Assembly: GCF_006345805.1 (NCBI RefSeq) | Contig: NC_043001.1 | Location: 70,308,001-70,372,000 of the forward strand | Length of the DNA stretch: 64,000 nt | Direction: 5' to 3' | Source: Octopus sinensis | Taxonomy: Eukaryota | Position numbers and translations under genes: made by a program | Shown: positions 1 to 13,380 of the stretch, piece by piece | How positions within the stretch are numbered: position 1 is the stretch's first letter | How the letters are laid out: each line of letters opens with the position of its first letter | The notes under the pieces: generated by a model | What the model was told of the DNA's origin: nothing | The model's input: only the letters and a program-made list of their open reading frames with translations | The model's database searches: none

Positions 1-102
<102 letters not shown>

Positions 103-287
103 TCGAATACCAAATATACTGTAATATACTACTTATTAAAGTCAAGTCAAATCTTTACAAATTGCTACTCAGATTTTCACGTCAGTTCCTCGGACGTTTG
201 CGTTAATACTGAACAATAAATTTTGACAGTTCTGTATTTCGGAGATGAGGAATTTGACGGATATTTATCATCATATTGTTTGTTGTT

Positions 288-333
288 AACACAACGTTTC
301 GGCTGATATACCCTCCAGACTTCGTCAGGTGTG
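288..333 (-). ncRNA. Minimal type-I hammerhead ribozyme motif
   Basis: Minus strand reads ACAC-CUGACGA-AGUCUG(gagggtatat)CAGCC-GAAAC-GUU-GUGU: stem I ACAC/GUGU, CUGANGA core, imperfect stem II, zero-loop palindromic stem III (AACGUU). The inverted copy at 621-666 has a mutated core (CCGAUGA). Confidence 0.6.
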
Positions 334-383
334 TTGGGGAAATTTCGAAGCTGGATTTCATTCCTAAGGTATTTTTCGATGTT

Positions 384-573
384 GTTGTAGTCATTATTAT
401 TATTATTGTTGTTATTGTTGTTGTTGTCAATGATGATGATGTTGATAATAATAAAGAAGACGAAGAAGAAGAAGAAGAAGAAGAAGAAGAAGAAGAAGAA
501 GAAGAAGAAGAAGAAGAAGAAGAAGAAGAAGAAGAAGAAGAAGAAGAAGAAGAAGAAGAAGAAGAAGAAGAAG
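384..573. repeat. Compound microsatellite ATT/GTT/GAT plus (GAA)n
   Basis: About 110 bp of pure GAA at ~463-573. It explains the poly-E/K/F/S ORFs. Confidence 0.97.
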
Positions 574-2404
574 ATCGAAAATACGTTAAGAAGAAGAAAC
601 CAGGTTCGAAATTTCCCCAAGACACCCGATGAAGCCTGGAGGGTACATCAGCCGAAACGTTGTGTTAACAACAAACAAGATGTGGACAAATATCCATGAA
701 ATGTAAATAATGTAAATAATGAATAAATTATGAGTATATATAATATAGTATAATATCGTTTTCGTAGTTCAACGAATAAGCATTTCAATATAATTGTGTA
801 ATTGATTTTTGAAAAAAATGGAGTAATATTGGCTGTCAATACAATTAACTTTTTAGGAGGAGGAATAAAATATCAACAATAATTAGCTTTAAGAAAATTT
901 GTGTAAAAGCAAGTAAAAAGGACTATATTTAGAAATGGGAATTCTAAATAGTTAAGAGGAATGTAATAGAAGTGCAAAAGGAGGAGGTTTTAAAACTGAA
1001 ATTGGAAATGAACTTAAAGATTAAAAGATGTAGATGAAAATAAAATAAGTAAACAAGCAGAAAATTATACGTCAAAATTAGAAGCAAAAGAAACAATTGC
1101 AATAATAAGAGAGAGGGAGAGAGAGAGAGAGAGGGAGAGAGAGAGAAAGAGAGAAGTAATGTAAAAACGCAAAATATATAGAAGGAAAGTGAGATAAAAG
1201 AAAGAAAAGAAAGAATGAAAAAGAAAATGGGATGAGCATATACGGCAAAATGGAGATAAAAATGAGAAGTAAATACAAGCGGGTGCGGGAGGAATATTTA
1301 CGTTAACAATACAAACATAAAATAGCTGTGGTGAATATGATGTAACGAATAAGTCTCTGGAGTGGTAGAAGGTTGATCGCTAGTTTAGAAGGACAGAGAA
1401 TCAAAAGGATGCAGAAAGCATAGGACCATAATATGCGAACACACAGACACAGTAAAATTATGACTAAAATGTATAATAGAGAGAAGGTAAAAGAATATGT
1501 ATATGCTAAAAAATAAATATAAATATCAAACTAAGACATCGACATCTGAATGTGCGTACAAATACACACACACAAACCTGCATATACACACACATACATA
1601 AATACATGCAAATTACAGACACACATATACAATCGCATACATATAACTAGATACTTACATACCGACAACCCAGTACTTACCACACACACAAGATAAGTAT
1701 AACACATGAGGAGACACTTATATAAGTATCCCCGTAATGAATAACATATATGCGTCTGTATGCTTATTGGTGTTGTGTGTATTTGTCTTGTGCATATATG
1801 CATTTACATTACTTTCACCTTATTTTAATTCTTCCCAACTCATATCCCGTGAATTTGCCGTGGCTTGAATTTACTGGTCTTTTCACATAAACGCTATGCA
1901 TGACATTTGAATTCAAAACTTGATTGTGTAGATAGAAGTTGAAACATTTCTATTGCCGGTCGGAATTCATTCTAGCCCCAAGCTAAAGTCTTGCTTTGAT
2001 TTCTATCTATAGGAATATTTCTCCTGACGAAACGAATGGGTCCCATAAGAGGTCCCTAATGTCAAAAGTGTAATAAGGAATTGATCAGCTATTTTCAAGT
2101 TGTGGTTTCTATTTGCCATGTCACCCGAAGACTGTTTTTATCGTGAGTTAAAATAATGAGTGATTTGGGGAGCTATTCTTAACTCTCTTAGTTATAACTG
2201 AGACTTGTTTATAATTACAAACATTTTTCTTCTTTGTATTTTACGATAACATGTTTGGCCATCGATATATTCATAAATAATCATAATTATTTATAATATA
2301 TCCTCTGCAATGTTTGTACATTTTTCTACTTATATATATAATTAGATATTAGATAATAAAACGAATGATTTATATCTGATAGATTAGTGGTAAAGCTCGG
2401 TCAC

Positions 2405-2950
2405 TTTCATGGTGTTCGTTATGTATCTCGTTAATGAAAGATGGAAAATGGAAGATACGGGACATTTTGCTAATCACTACAATTGTTTCGACACATCGAG
2501 CATCGATCCATCACGGGTGGGATACTTAGCAACTGGTTCAGTGGCATCCGACGATGCAGATGTGTATCTTCGAGTGATAAACAAATACAACTCGTTAAAA
2601 TAACAGCTCCTCAATGTATCTTCTCAGGTTTTCTGAAGAAAAGCCACAAATTGAAGGATACAGCTTCGTTGATATAGAAGATCAATAATAAAATAACAGA
2701 TGCAAAACAGAAACCAATACGCAATACAGCGAATAACGTTTTAAATATAACCGTTAACGGACACGAAATGAGAAGATACATTGCAGAACTGTTCTTTTAA
2801 TGAGACACATCTTCACCGTCGGCTGCTCCTGAACCAATAGTTAAGTATTTTACCCATGAGGTATCGATGCTAGATGCGTCGGAACAATTGTAGTGATTAA
2901 TGAAATATCTTGTGTCTGCCATATCCCGTCTCTTATTAACTAGGTATATA
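2405..2950. mobile_element. Inverted pair of old Penelope-like pLTR fragments with degenerate hammerhead
   Basis: ~2415-2570 and ~2805-2945 are inverted homologues (the ORF track shows near-identical peptides on opposite strands). Both keep a GAAAC/GGAAC-AATT-GTA-GTGA motif after an ATCGA..TCGAT-like hairpin. Confidence 0.55.
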
Positions 2951-2970
2951 AATGTATATAAACACACACG

Positions 2971-3042
<72 letters not shown>

Positions 3043-4883
3043 CATATCCATATGTACATACATACATATATATATACATATATATATGTGTATATATATA
3101 TATATATTATATATATATATATATATGCATATATCACTCACTCACACATATACATATACACATATGTGTATATATTTATATTATATATAATGTAAAACAT
3201 TTCCACAAATGCACATTCTCACATGCACACATGTATAAACCATAAAACTTCTTCAGAAAGTATGACAGGTGAATATATTTATTTAAACAGTTGTCAACCG
3301 TATGTTTACGGCAGTTTCACAGTTTTGATCATTTATTAATAATTAATAATATCAGTATAAACATATTTATATATTTGCACTAATGTGCATGCCACCCATT
3401 ATACAATAAGGTTGTATATTCACAAATAAATGCAGATAAAGAACTGCATCAGATCACTAGAATATTATGATTACACCATTGCTTCAGCTCTTATCAGATA
3501 TCAAGGAAATCGCAGAACTACAGAAAATGGAATGTTTTGCTAAAATACAATACGCATTTATCGGTGCGGGATTCGAATCCTTCAAATATTTGCGATCGGC
3601 CGTGCAACACTGTAACGACTATTTCGCTCTGCTCTATATGTCATGTAATGTGACTGACCAGACTATTAGATGCTGTTACACATTGCTAGTCTCATTATGC
3701 TTTGCATCGTTTCAGCCTTCGAAATACGCCAGTTGGCTGGTTAGGAGAAGAATCCAACATTCCCCTCTGATCGAAGTGGGTACTGGAGCAACGTAAAATG
3801 TAATGTTTTGCTCAAGAACACAACTCACCTCCAGTCTGGGAATCGAACCCACGAACTAACGACTAGGCAACGATCTATCAGTTAGCAAATTTTCTGTTTC
3901 CTACCAAACAAAACATAGTACTTAAAATGTTTGAAGAATTCACTACTGACTAGTTAAATGCTAAAGGCATTTGCTACTTTATATAGACATTGTGACAGCA
4001 TAAGGGCGTACGTCTACGTTTGAAATCAAATTCCCTATCATTATACGACGAAAATGCACCAACCGAAATACTGAAATCAATGGAAATAGCAGAACCCAAT
4101 AGAAACAAAGCAACTGTATGACTACTGTTGAATGCCTTTAGGCACCAAAACGCAAGAATATCGAGAAATGTAAACGTCCAAAGAATTTGGGAAAACGAAT
4201 ATGGACAGAACTGGCAATGCAAATAAAATATATGCGAATCCTTAATAATATCGATACCAAATAATCAAATGGAAGAAATATTAAATCATGCAAAAGGAAT
4301 CTTTGTACGAAATCAGAGAACGCCTAAAACAAGAAGTGTTTGCGTAATCAGAAAGTAGTCAATGTTTTTGAACAAAACAATAATAAAAGAATATATATAT
4401 ATAAACATACCCTCACACACATACACACACATACACACACAAACACACTCACACACACACGCGCGCACAGAATCACACACATACATATATATATAAAACT
4501 AATCTCCAGTGTTGAAAGAAAGGTTTTGTAAAGAATTTCGTGAAGGCAAAAGAATATTGAAATCAGAATACCACCTATGTTAAGAGTAATTATATGGAAT
4601 TTGGAGAGAAGTTAGGATAGAGTATGAATGGATCACAAGGTGCAAGAATGAAAAAATAAAAGAAGTGAATACAAGAAAGAGAGAAAATATTTGTTAAAGT
4701 AACACATCAAGAAGTGAAGATATAGGAAAAGAAAGGCTGAAAACAACAGGAAATGAAAGATTGATATCTTCTGGGTATGAGCGTAGGTGTGTGTTTGTAT
4801 GAGTGCGTGCGTTTGTGTGTATCCGCGTATGCCTGTACGTATGTATGTGTGCTGGTATATATATATCTATCTATATATATATA

Positions 4884-4918
<35 letters not shown>

Positions 4919-6884
4919 TACATATATATATATATCTACATGTGTATGTGTGTGTCTCTATAGGAACTTACGCTTTTATATCTATACGTTAATATGAGTG
5001 CATGTATGTTGCAGAGGAGTAACAAGTACCTACCATTTGTTTACAATGTATTTACAAAGAAAGGTGTGTTATGAAATCGGGCAATAGTAGCTGAATGCCT
5101 CTTCATATGTTCTGCATGTTTCAGAAAGACAGCTCGTGCGATCTCACCGGCCATTTTGATCACACCAGGTTATTCTTGCTGTATATAGCACTATGTTCCT
5201 TACATTAATAGAAATAGTATAAACACCAACAACAATAACAAATAATGAAGCTAATGATAACCTTTTGGGAATTTGAACACTGAACATAAAGAACGGAAAC
5301 TAAATACCACAAAGGACTCTGTTCGACGTTCTAACAATTGAGGCCATCCCCGATAATATTGGCTTCTGATTTAAGATGAAGAACAGCAATATTGAGGGGA
5401 GTGGTTGGTCGAAATTATCGACTTCTGTGCTTGATTGGTATTTAATTTCATCACCTCCAAAATCAGTTTAATGTTTCATCTCTCCGGAAGTAATTAAAAT
5501 AATGTACCAGTCATGTACTCCTTTGATGATATCAACGACCACACCCCTGAAATTTGCTGGCATTATGCCCAAATCAGAAGTATTTATTATTAGCATGAAG
5601 CTGTGAGGTTGCCGGAGTTGATACGGTATCGGAAAAAAAGCCTTACGGTATTTCTTCTTGGTCTTTACGTTCTGTGTTCAAATCCCACCGAAGACAACCT
5701 CGACTCTCATTTCTCCGAAGTCAAAACGATATATAAGTAAGATACCAGTCTTGTAGTGTATCAATTAACATACTCTCTTTAAAACTGTTGATTTTGTTAC
5801 TAAAGTAGTAAGGACTATTATTATGGACAGTGGAACCATAAAACAGTGGCAGTTAATTCGTTTGGAATTGAACCTAGAAATCAGTTATATCAGAGCAGCA
5901 CAAGAGATTCCGTCCGATACCCTATCGATTTTGCCAATTAACCTTCTGTATACCACAAATGGTAATTGTTTCTAACATTAATACAAGGCCGCACATTGTT
6001 TTTTCAGTGCGGATGCAGTTGATTGCATCGTCTGGTGAAGATGAAAGGGAAATTCCATCTCAGAAGCCGAAGCTGTCGTCTTTGTTGGCTTATTCAAATT
6101 AAGAATATCTCGACGTATACATGGTTTTTCATTCACTTGTTACTAGTTAATCTCAACAGGCTTACGAATTTCTTTAAAACCCAAGATATATGTTGACCAC
6201 AAGTAATTGCAATGTCTGCTGATACTAATCCTAAATTTAGTAAATGGTGGTATTATATCTGAACTTTATTTGAAATATTAAAAGTAAGTTTTTTTCTTCA
6301 GTAACTTTCAGAATGTGTCTATTTTGATGAGAAAACAGGGCAAAGTATGCATTGTTAAATCGCAACAATAGAGGAGGCAGCTATTGTCGAATCAAAACAC
6401 TTTCTCATTAGATATATTACTAAAGAGAACCAGAGATTTTCATTGATAAATGCGTCATACTCACGCACCGGTTTCTGTCTGCAGGAACGTAAAAAAATAA
6501 AATAAGAAGAATAAGAAAATCAAGCTTTAATCTCTAAGATAGACAATTATTCTTCGGATACAGATCAGTGAACAGTGTTATAAAATAGATTTTAAAGAAT
6601 CCTATCAGTTGCAAGTGAAGAGTTCTTTTATCATTGATCAAAGTGGTGTACAGCAGACGTCTGCATGATTTTCCAGCCATCTCTGAAATTCTAATAATAG
6701 CCATCTGTTGTTGCTTTGTAATATGGATCTAATTAAAATATTGATTTACTGAAGTAATATGAGAAAACGTCACGTAGCCACAACTATTGAGATATCAACC
6801 GCACACTCTGTTTTTGTATGGGTGTGTTTGTTTGTGTGCGTTTGTGTTTGTGTGTATGTGTGTGTGTGTGTGGTGTGTGTGTGT

Positions 6885-6916
<32 letters not shown>

Positions 6917-7204
6917 AGGTTATTTGTGACTTGCTAGATCTTTCATTTACAATGGCCTAAAATTAAAATGACATTATGCTTGGCATGGTGTTCTACAACT
7001 GCTTGTGATATTTGATAATCAAACACACACACACACGCACACACATGCACACACACGTACGCACACACACAGGAACATGCAACAAGACAGATTCGTATAA
7101 GGGTATGCATACTCAACTAAAATACACACATACTGAACTATAAACTTTCGCTTTTTAAACTACGTAAAATGCCTATGATTTTATTTCACACAGATATATT
7201 AATA

Positions 7205-7425
7205 GCTATTTCTTTACTGCCCACAAGGGGCTAAACACTGAGAGGACAAACAAAGACAGACAAATGGATTAAGTCGATTATATCGACTCCAGTGCGTAAC
7301 TGGTACTTATTTAATCGACCCCGAAAGGATGAAAGGCAAAATCAGAACGTAGCGGCAGAGGAAATGCCGCTAAGCATTTCGTCCGGCGTGCTAAAATTTC
7401 TGCCAGCTCGCCGCCTTACAGATAT
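7205..7425 (-). mobile_element. tRNA-derived cephalopod SINE with extended Tx1-like 3' tail (internally deleted)
   Basis: Contains tttaatcgaccccgaaaggatgaaaggc; minus 3' end reads ...ttagccccttgtgggcagtaaagaaata. Confidence 0.85.
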
Positions 7426-8084
7426 ATTAATAGCATTAGAGGTGGACGCAATAACTCCACACCGAGCCACACTAAGAATTACGTCGAATGTCCCATTCGT
7501 GGGGTTTCGTCTTTCAGCAAATGTCTTTTTTAGGCCCTGGGAGACCAATGCTTTGCGAATACATTTGTTAGATGGAAACAGTGCAGCAGCACGTAGTATA
7601 TATATGAGCTTGTCTATGTGTCTATGCGTTTGTGTGCGCCAGTGCATGAATGGCCATGTTCGTGTCTGTCTTTGTCATACATCCTAACGCTTGAAATCTG
7701 TCGTAGGTTTGTCTACGTCTTTTAAAAATTTAGGCAAAGATTGAGTGTTAGTATGAGTACCAGGCTTCAAACTCCTGGAATTGATTTGTTCCATTAAAAC
7801 CTTTCAAAGCGGTGCCTCATCAACAGGTACATCGTAATTCTACAGTTGTTAATGTATCACGTTCTAAACATACTTGTCCCTTTATTTCCGAGAAAACATA
7901 TGAATGATATATTCCTTACACACACACACACACACGCACACACACACACACACGTACACACACAAATAAACACACACATGCAGACACATGCTCGCACACA
8001 CACACCCATACATACACACAGATACGTACACGCATACATATAGATAGATGGACGGATATATATACTCATTTTACTCTTCACTCT

Positions 8085-8477
8085 TTTACTTGTTTCAGTC
8101 ATTTGACTGCGGCCATGCTGGAGCACCGCCTTTAGTCGAGCAAATCGACCCCGGGACTTATTATTTGTAAGCCCAGTACTTATTCTATCGGTCTCTTTTG
8201 CCGAACCGCTAAGTGACGAGTACGTAAACACACCAGCATCGGTTGTTAAGCAATGCTAGGGGGACAAACACACAAACACACACACACATACATTTATATA
8301 TATATACATATATACGACAGGCTTCTTTCAGCTTCCGTCTACCAAATCCACTCACAAGGCATTGGTCGGCCCGGGGCTATAGCAGAATACACTTGTCCAA
8401 GATGCCACGCAGTGGGACTGAACCCGGAACCATGTGGTTGGTTAGCAAGCTACTTACCACACAGCCTCTCCTGCGCC
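8085..8477 (-). mobile_element. Octopus OK/OR-type tRNA-derived SINE, full length
   Basis: Minus head ggcgcaggag..gctgtgtggtaagtag with B-box ggttcagtccc; tail ...gactgaaacaagtaaaagagt. Near-identical to 43500-43897 and 54690-55066. Confidence 0.9.
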
Positions 8478-8568
8478 TATATATATATATATATGCACCA
8501 AAATATTCTACGCTTATGTGTGTAAGTACCAATGTATATATAATTATATATATTTATATATATATATA

Positions 8569-8619
<51 letters not shown>

Positions 8620-8691
8620 TGGCTATAACTATTAATATCCAGTAACGCTGCCGTAATCTCCTTTAGAGAGATTTAGTAATTTTAATATTTC

Positions 8692-8758
<67 letters not shown>

Positions 8759-10239
8759 AAAAATCCTACGTTTGTGCGTGTAAGTGTCTATGTATCTCTT
8801 ATTATAATATATAATTAAATACATGTATACTGTTCATTTTGTTTTTAATTTTCCTTCTTTTCCATCTATATTGAATACTAACATTAAAGGACATTTAAAT
8901 CCCTCGGCATCACTTAACCTCTTACATATGAGGTACATCTTCAGATCAGGACTCACACCTATCATATAACTCGATACGTAACACCATTTGTAGGATATCC
9001 TTCTATTTCACATCTTTATCTGCACAAACCATCACAACCGGATTCGTGTGATATTTCGCACTCGATATAACAATTATCACACTATTTAACACGTTTCGTT
9101 CTTCAGAGAATATGCCCTGATTTCTGGTTTTACACAAAATGTTTCACTTTACACCTTACTGTCTGCAGAAGCAATTTGACTAAATTTCAACTTACAACGA
9201 CTTTGTTATTCTATAGATTATGGAGCTATGTCATGTTTCCTTCTGAAATTATTAATAAAATTTTTCTAAATTTACATTAACAACAGTATATCGACCTTCT
9301 GCGGTAACAATTGCAATTATATATAAAGCTGTTTCAAACAGTTGCATGCGGAATGGATTATGCTTACTAATTTACGGTTATTTCCTGAAGGTGAAAGCAG
9401 CGCATTTGGTAAAACGCGTGATCCTCCATATTACGGCATTTAAGTAACGTCCACATGTTTCTAACTTCGATATTTCACGGAATCAACATGAGCTTTCATC
9501 TCTCAGAGATTACAGAACTGCAACGTGGAAATCAATATTCTATAATACAATAATGTGATAGAGATGAGAAAGCATACTAAAAGCCTACACATTCTAAGCT
9601 ATATGTTTTCATGCTTTCATACTGCTTAGAATTGAGAAATATTTGTCATTTTTATGTTTATTTCTCTCCTATGGACTTCGCTGATTTGTAAAAAAATTCA
9701 AACCCTGGATCTAGAACATATAAGGCAGTGTACTTGATTGCATGGCGTATAACTAAGCGAGGTCACAACATTCGCCCTGAACGACAATCCAGTCCGTTGT
9801 GTGGTTACTCATTAACAGCGGAATGAAATGGGGCAACTGAAAAGAAGAGTTTGGTCTGGAATACAAAACACAGACCGGTACAGGAGAAGAAATCATGATC
9901 TTGCAATCGTGACTGCAATGCTTGCCGATTTAGTTATTTAGTGAAACCGGAACGTTTGTTTTACAAGCTTATCTGGCCGACAATTGAAATATAAGGGAAT
10001 CACTGTGTAATTAGAGGCAGTGAAACAGTTTTTCACTGCCTTATTGAAGCAACTTCTTTTATCTCACTTGACAAAAAAAAGAAAAAGAAGGAAACGACAG
10101 TCTTATGAAGAAAAACTGTTGAAAATATGTGCTGATTTTCAAAATGGTAAAAGTATAAACAACAAACTAAGCGGATGGCATATCAGTAATTAGAAACTAA
10201 AGGCAAAATTAATAGCAGTTACAAAAAGTGACGGAGGGT

Positions 10240-11320
10240 ACTGACACGTACCACTTATGCTAAGATATAAAAGATAAATTAACTCTAACGTCACTAAAGC
10301 ACTATACTTAATGACTGACAAAGTAAGGTAAGTCCATAGCGTACATAGCCGTATTGCGATTTCGAATTTTAGTGTAAGACCTCTATTAATTTTGCCACTA
10401 GGTTCTAATTGCTAATAAACGATCCTTTGAATTTGTTGTTTACGCTTTTATCACTTTGAAAATCAGATGTTTTCAATGGTCTTTGTTATAAGATTGACAA
10501 GGGAAGTTCAGTTTAGCACTAGATATTAAGAGTGGCTGATGAGAATTATGGTGGTCTACACCAAAATACGAAATTGCAATGCGGCTATATACGGTAGGGA
10601 CTTACCGCCCTTTGTCAGTCATTAAGTATAGTGCTTTAGTGGATTTGGAGTAAATTTAACTCTTATAAGCGGTGCCATTTATGTATATATATATATAGAT
10701 ACATATATAGTTTCTCATATATGTCTATATATCTATGAAGTTATCTCTCCCACACCCTTTCTATCCGTTTATTCTTTTCAAGTACGTGGCTGTGGGAATG
10801 CTGGAACACCTCCGTGATTCTTACTCTTGCATATCTTTTTTCTATGACTGATTTCTTCAGGTTGGTGGTATTTCTTATCACCACTCCTGCATGTGTCCCG
10901 TCCCTTGGTTAAAGCACATTTAGTGTATGACGGTTTTTGCCACTGCTGCTCTCATCTGTACTTTATGCTAGGCCGTTCGTTCTTCTAGTATCATGGACTA
11001 GAGTATCATGTTTCTTAATTGTTTTTCAAGGATAGTGAAGAGTTGTGTGCTTTTAATCTGTAAGCTGGTCCTGACTTCAAACTGGTTGGACGCTACTTCT
11101 GATACATTACAAAGGCGTCGGGTTTGGGCATTTGTATAAATTAAGTAGTAGACCTTGACAAGGGAAATTGAGTTTAACCGTATGCGTTAAGTGCCACTGA
11201 TATGAATTAAGGTGGTCTACACCAAAATTCGAAATCGCGATACGGCTATATACGCTAGGGATTACCTCCCTTTGTCAGTCATTAAGCATTGTGATTCAGT
11301 GGATTTGGAGTTTACACTTG
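10240..11320. mobile_element. Penelope-like/retrozyme-like unit: two direct hammerhead-bearing repeats (period ~661 bp) plus one inverted copy
   Basis: Repeats start ttgacaaggg at 10494 and 11155; inverted copy at ~10240-10400. Consensus GCC(G)-CTGATGA-GAATT..AATTC-GAAAT-CGCG-ATA-CGGC. Confidence 0.7.
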
Positions 11321-11417
11321 TCTTAGCAGAAGCTGTGGTAGCCAGTAGTCTCTGTCACTTTGTGACCTCTGGTAAATTCATATATAAATATATATATACA
11401 TACATACATATATACAT

Positions 11418-11491
<74 letters not shown>

Positions 11492-11499
<8 letters not shown>

Positions 11500-12070
11500 A
11501 TAAATAAAATAAAACATATGCATATATACATACATATATGTACGTACCTACCTCTACATGTATATATACATGCACATATGGGTACAGGACACAAAAAAAA
11601 GCGTCGAACACAATGAGAAGCGAAAACATAAACACAAGACCAAAGAAATGGACATTTTTCTTAAACAACGAAAAAATAGAGTACAGGACATACAATACAA
11701 GGAAAGACCTGTTTTTGTTACCATTTTTACCCCACCGCAAAAAATCTCAAATTTTATTTAGTTTGCTTTTCGCGGGAAGGAATGTTTCATAAAGTCTTGT
11801 CTCGCCTTGACCTTCGAAGCGCGGAGTAGATGAAACAAAGGCGACTGAAGAAGGGAAATTTTCTTTGTTTTGTATGTCCTGTACTCTATTTTTTCGTTGT
11901 TTAAGAAAAATGTCCATTTCCTTGGTTTTGTGTTTATGTTTTCGTTTCTCATTGTGTTGACGTTTTTTTGTGTCCTGTACCCATATATGCATGTATATAT
12001 ACACGTAGGAGTAGGTATATACATATATGTATTTATATATGCATATGTTTTATTTTATTTATTAATTTAT
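11492..12070. repeat. Long inverted repeat, ~212-bp arms with ~155-bp spacer (PLE-type inverted end)
   Basis: Arms 11492-11705 and 11860-12070. Near-identical peptides appear in ORFs 11558..11761(+) and 11747..12004(-). Confidence 0.92.
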
Positions 12071-12309
12071 TATATGACGGGACGCACGCATCCATTTCTA
12101 AGTAAGATTATTCTTAATATATATATATTGAACCACAAAAGAAACCACATATACTAAATAGAAACGGGTTTATTAACAGACTGCCATAGATTGAAGAGTG
12201 GGGATTAAGAAACCCTTTTTTCTAACGATAAAATGTCATTTCATGTAACATGTTTCATGTCACATCTTGTCAGGTGATGACGGAGTGTCCTTGATCCAAA
12301 GAGATGAAC

Positions 12310-13359
12310 TTAATATCTCGTGTAACCACCGATAGCGTTGATTACCGCCTGACATCTTCTGTACATTGAATGCACCAAACTATTGAGGAAGACCGTGGTG
12401 ATAGCAGCCCGCATCCAGTTAAAATTTGCAGTGAGTTGTGCAGCAGTTGTCGGACTTGGACGGATGTTATTTAGTCTTCTTCGGATTTCGTCCCACGGGT
12501 GTTCTATGGAGTACAAGTCCGGACTTATGGCAGGCCATGACAGTGTCTGGATGCTGTGCTGTTGGAGGAAGTCTGTTGCCAACCTGGCAGTATAGGCACA
12601 AGCGTTGTCGTGTTGGAACACGTGATTCCTATGACGGGCAAAGCATGACACAATGTGAGACGTCAACACTTGGTCCATGTAACTAGAAACGGTTACACTA
12701 TTGCCCCGAACTTGGGTGATATTTTGGAAGGCCACCAGTCGACGTTTCTGGTTAAGTGCAACCCAACCACATTCCATGAGTGCAACCCAACCCCATACCT
12801 CCTCCCCATGAGTCTCTCTCCACTACACAGCAATCGGCATGATGTTCACACCTCCTGATTCAAACCCTAGTTCTGCCATCTGCCACAGAAATGCAATATC
12901 GATTTCTGTCAGAGAAGAATACAGACCTCCACTGCTGATATCACCAGTTCTGACGTTTTTGAGCCCACTGCAGACGTGCCCATCGATGACGATCTGTGAG
13001 GATGGGGCTCCTAGCCGGACGTCGACAAGACAGATTGAGCGACCCCAGCCGGCGGCGAACTGTCTTTGCACAAATGGGTCTGTAGTGAGCCCCTATGGTC
13101 TGCCTAGCTGATTCAGTTGCTCTACGGAATTGGTCCTGCAAATTCTGTCGGTGAAGGTGGCGATTTTGATGTGCTGTTGTAACCCTCGGTCGGCCACTGC
13201 GTGGACGATCATCCGTAATGTTTGTGGCATTGTATCGTTCCATCAGACGCTCAATTGTCCGAATAATGCAGTTCAGTCATTAGCAATGATACATGGCCGT
13301 TCACCACCTTGGGAAAATCTGATGGCTTGCTTCCTCTGATTTCGTGTCAATCTTGGCAT
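12310..13359 (-). pseudogene. Tc1 DD34E transposase, frameshifted
   Basis: MPRLTRNQRKQAI start; RPRSGRPRVTT, TVRRRL, HRWARLQWA; catalytic FQHDNA...WPAISPDLYSIEHPWDEI with 34 residues between D and E; ends GGYTRY*. Confidence 0.95.
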
Positions 13360-13380
13360 GCTTGCTGCGTTCGGGAAACG

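Larger units (their letters stand above)
230..720. mobile_element. Inverted pair of Penelope-like pseudo-LTR ends flanking a compound microsatellite
   Basis: ~256-375 is the reverse complement of ~575-695 (aacacaacgtttcggctgatataccctccag / ctggagggtacatcagccgaaacgttgtgtt). The same family recurs at 26550-26636 next to a GIY-YIG fragment. Confidence 0.75.

Noticed and set aside
177-699. Long poly-E/K/F/S ORFs, and the many YI/HT/CV-repeat ORFs across the window
   Set aside because: They are translations of GAA, TA, CA and GATA microsatellites, with no coding signal.
3974-4330. Possible degenerate PLE N-terminal coding remnant
   Set aside because: No diagnostic motif could be read in any frame.
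7292-7687. 131-aa ORF (+) and 101-aa ORF (-)
   Set aside because: Both begin or end in a SINE or CA repeat, and the unique middle matches no protein family I recognise.
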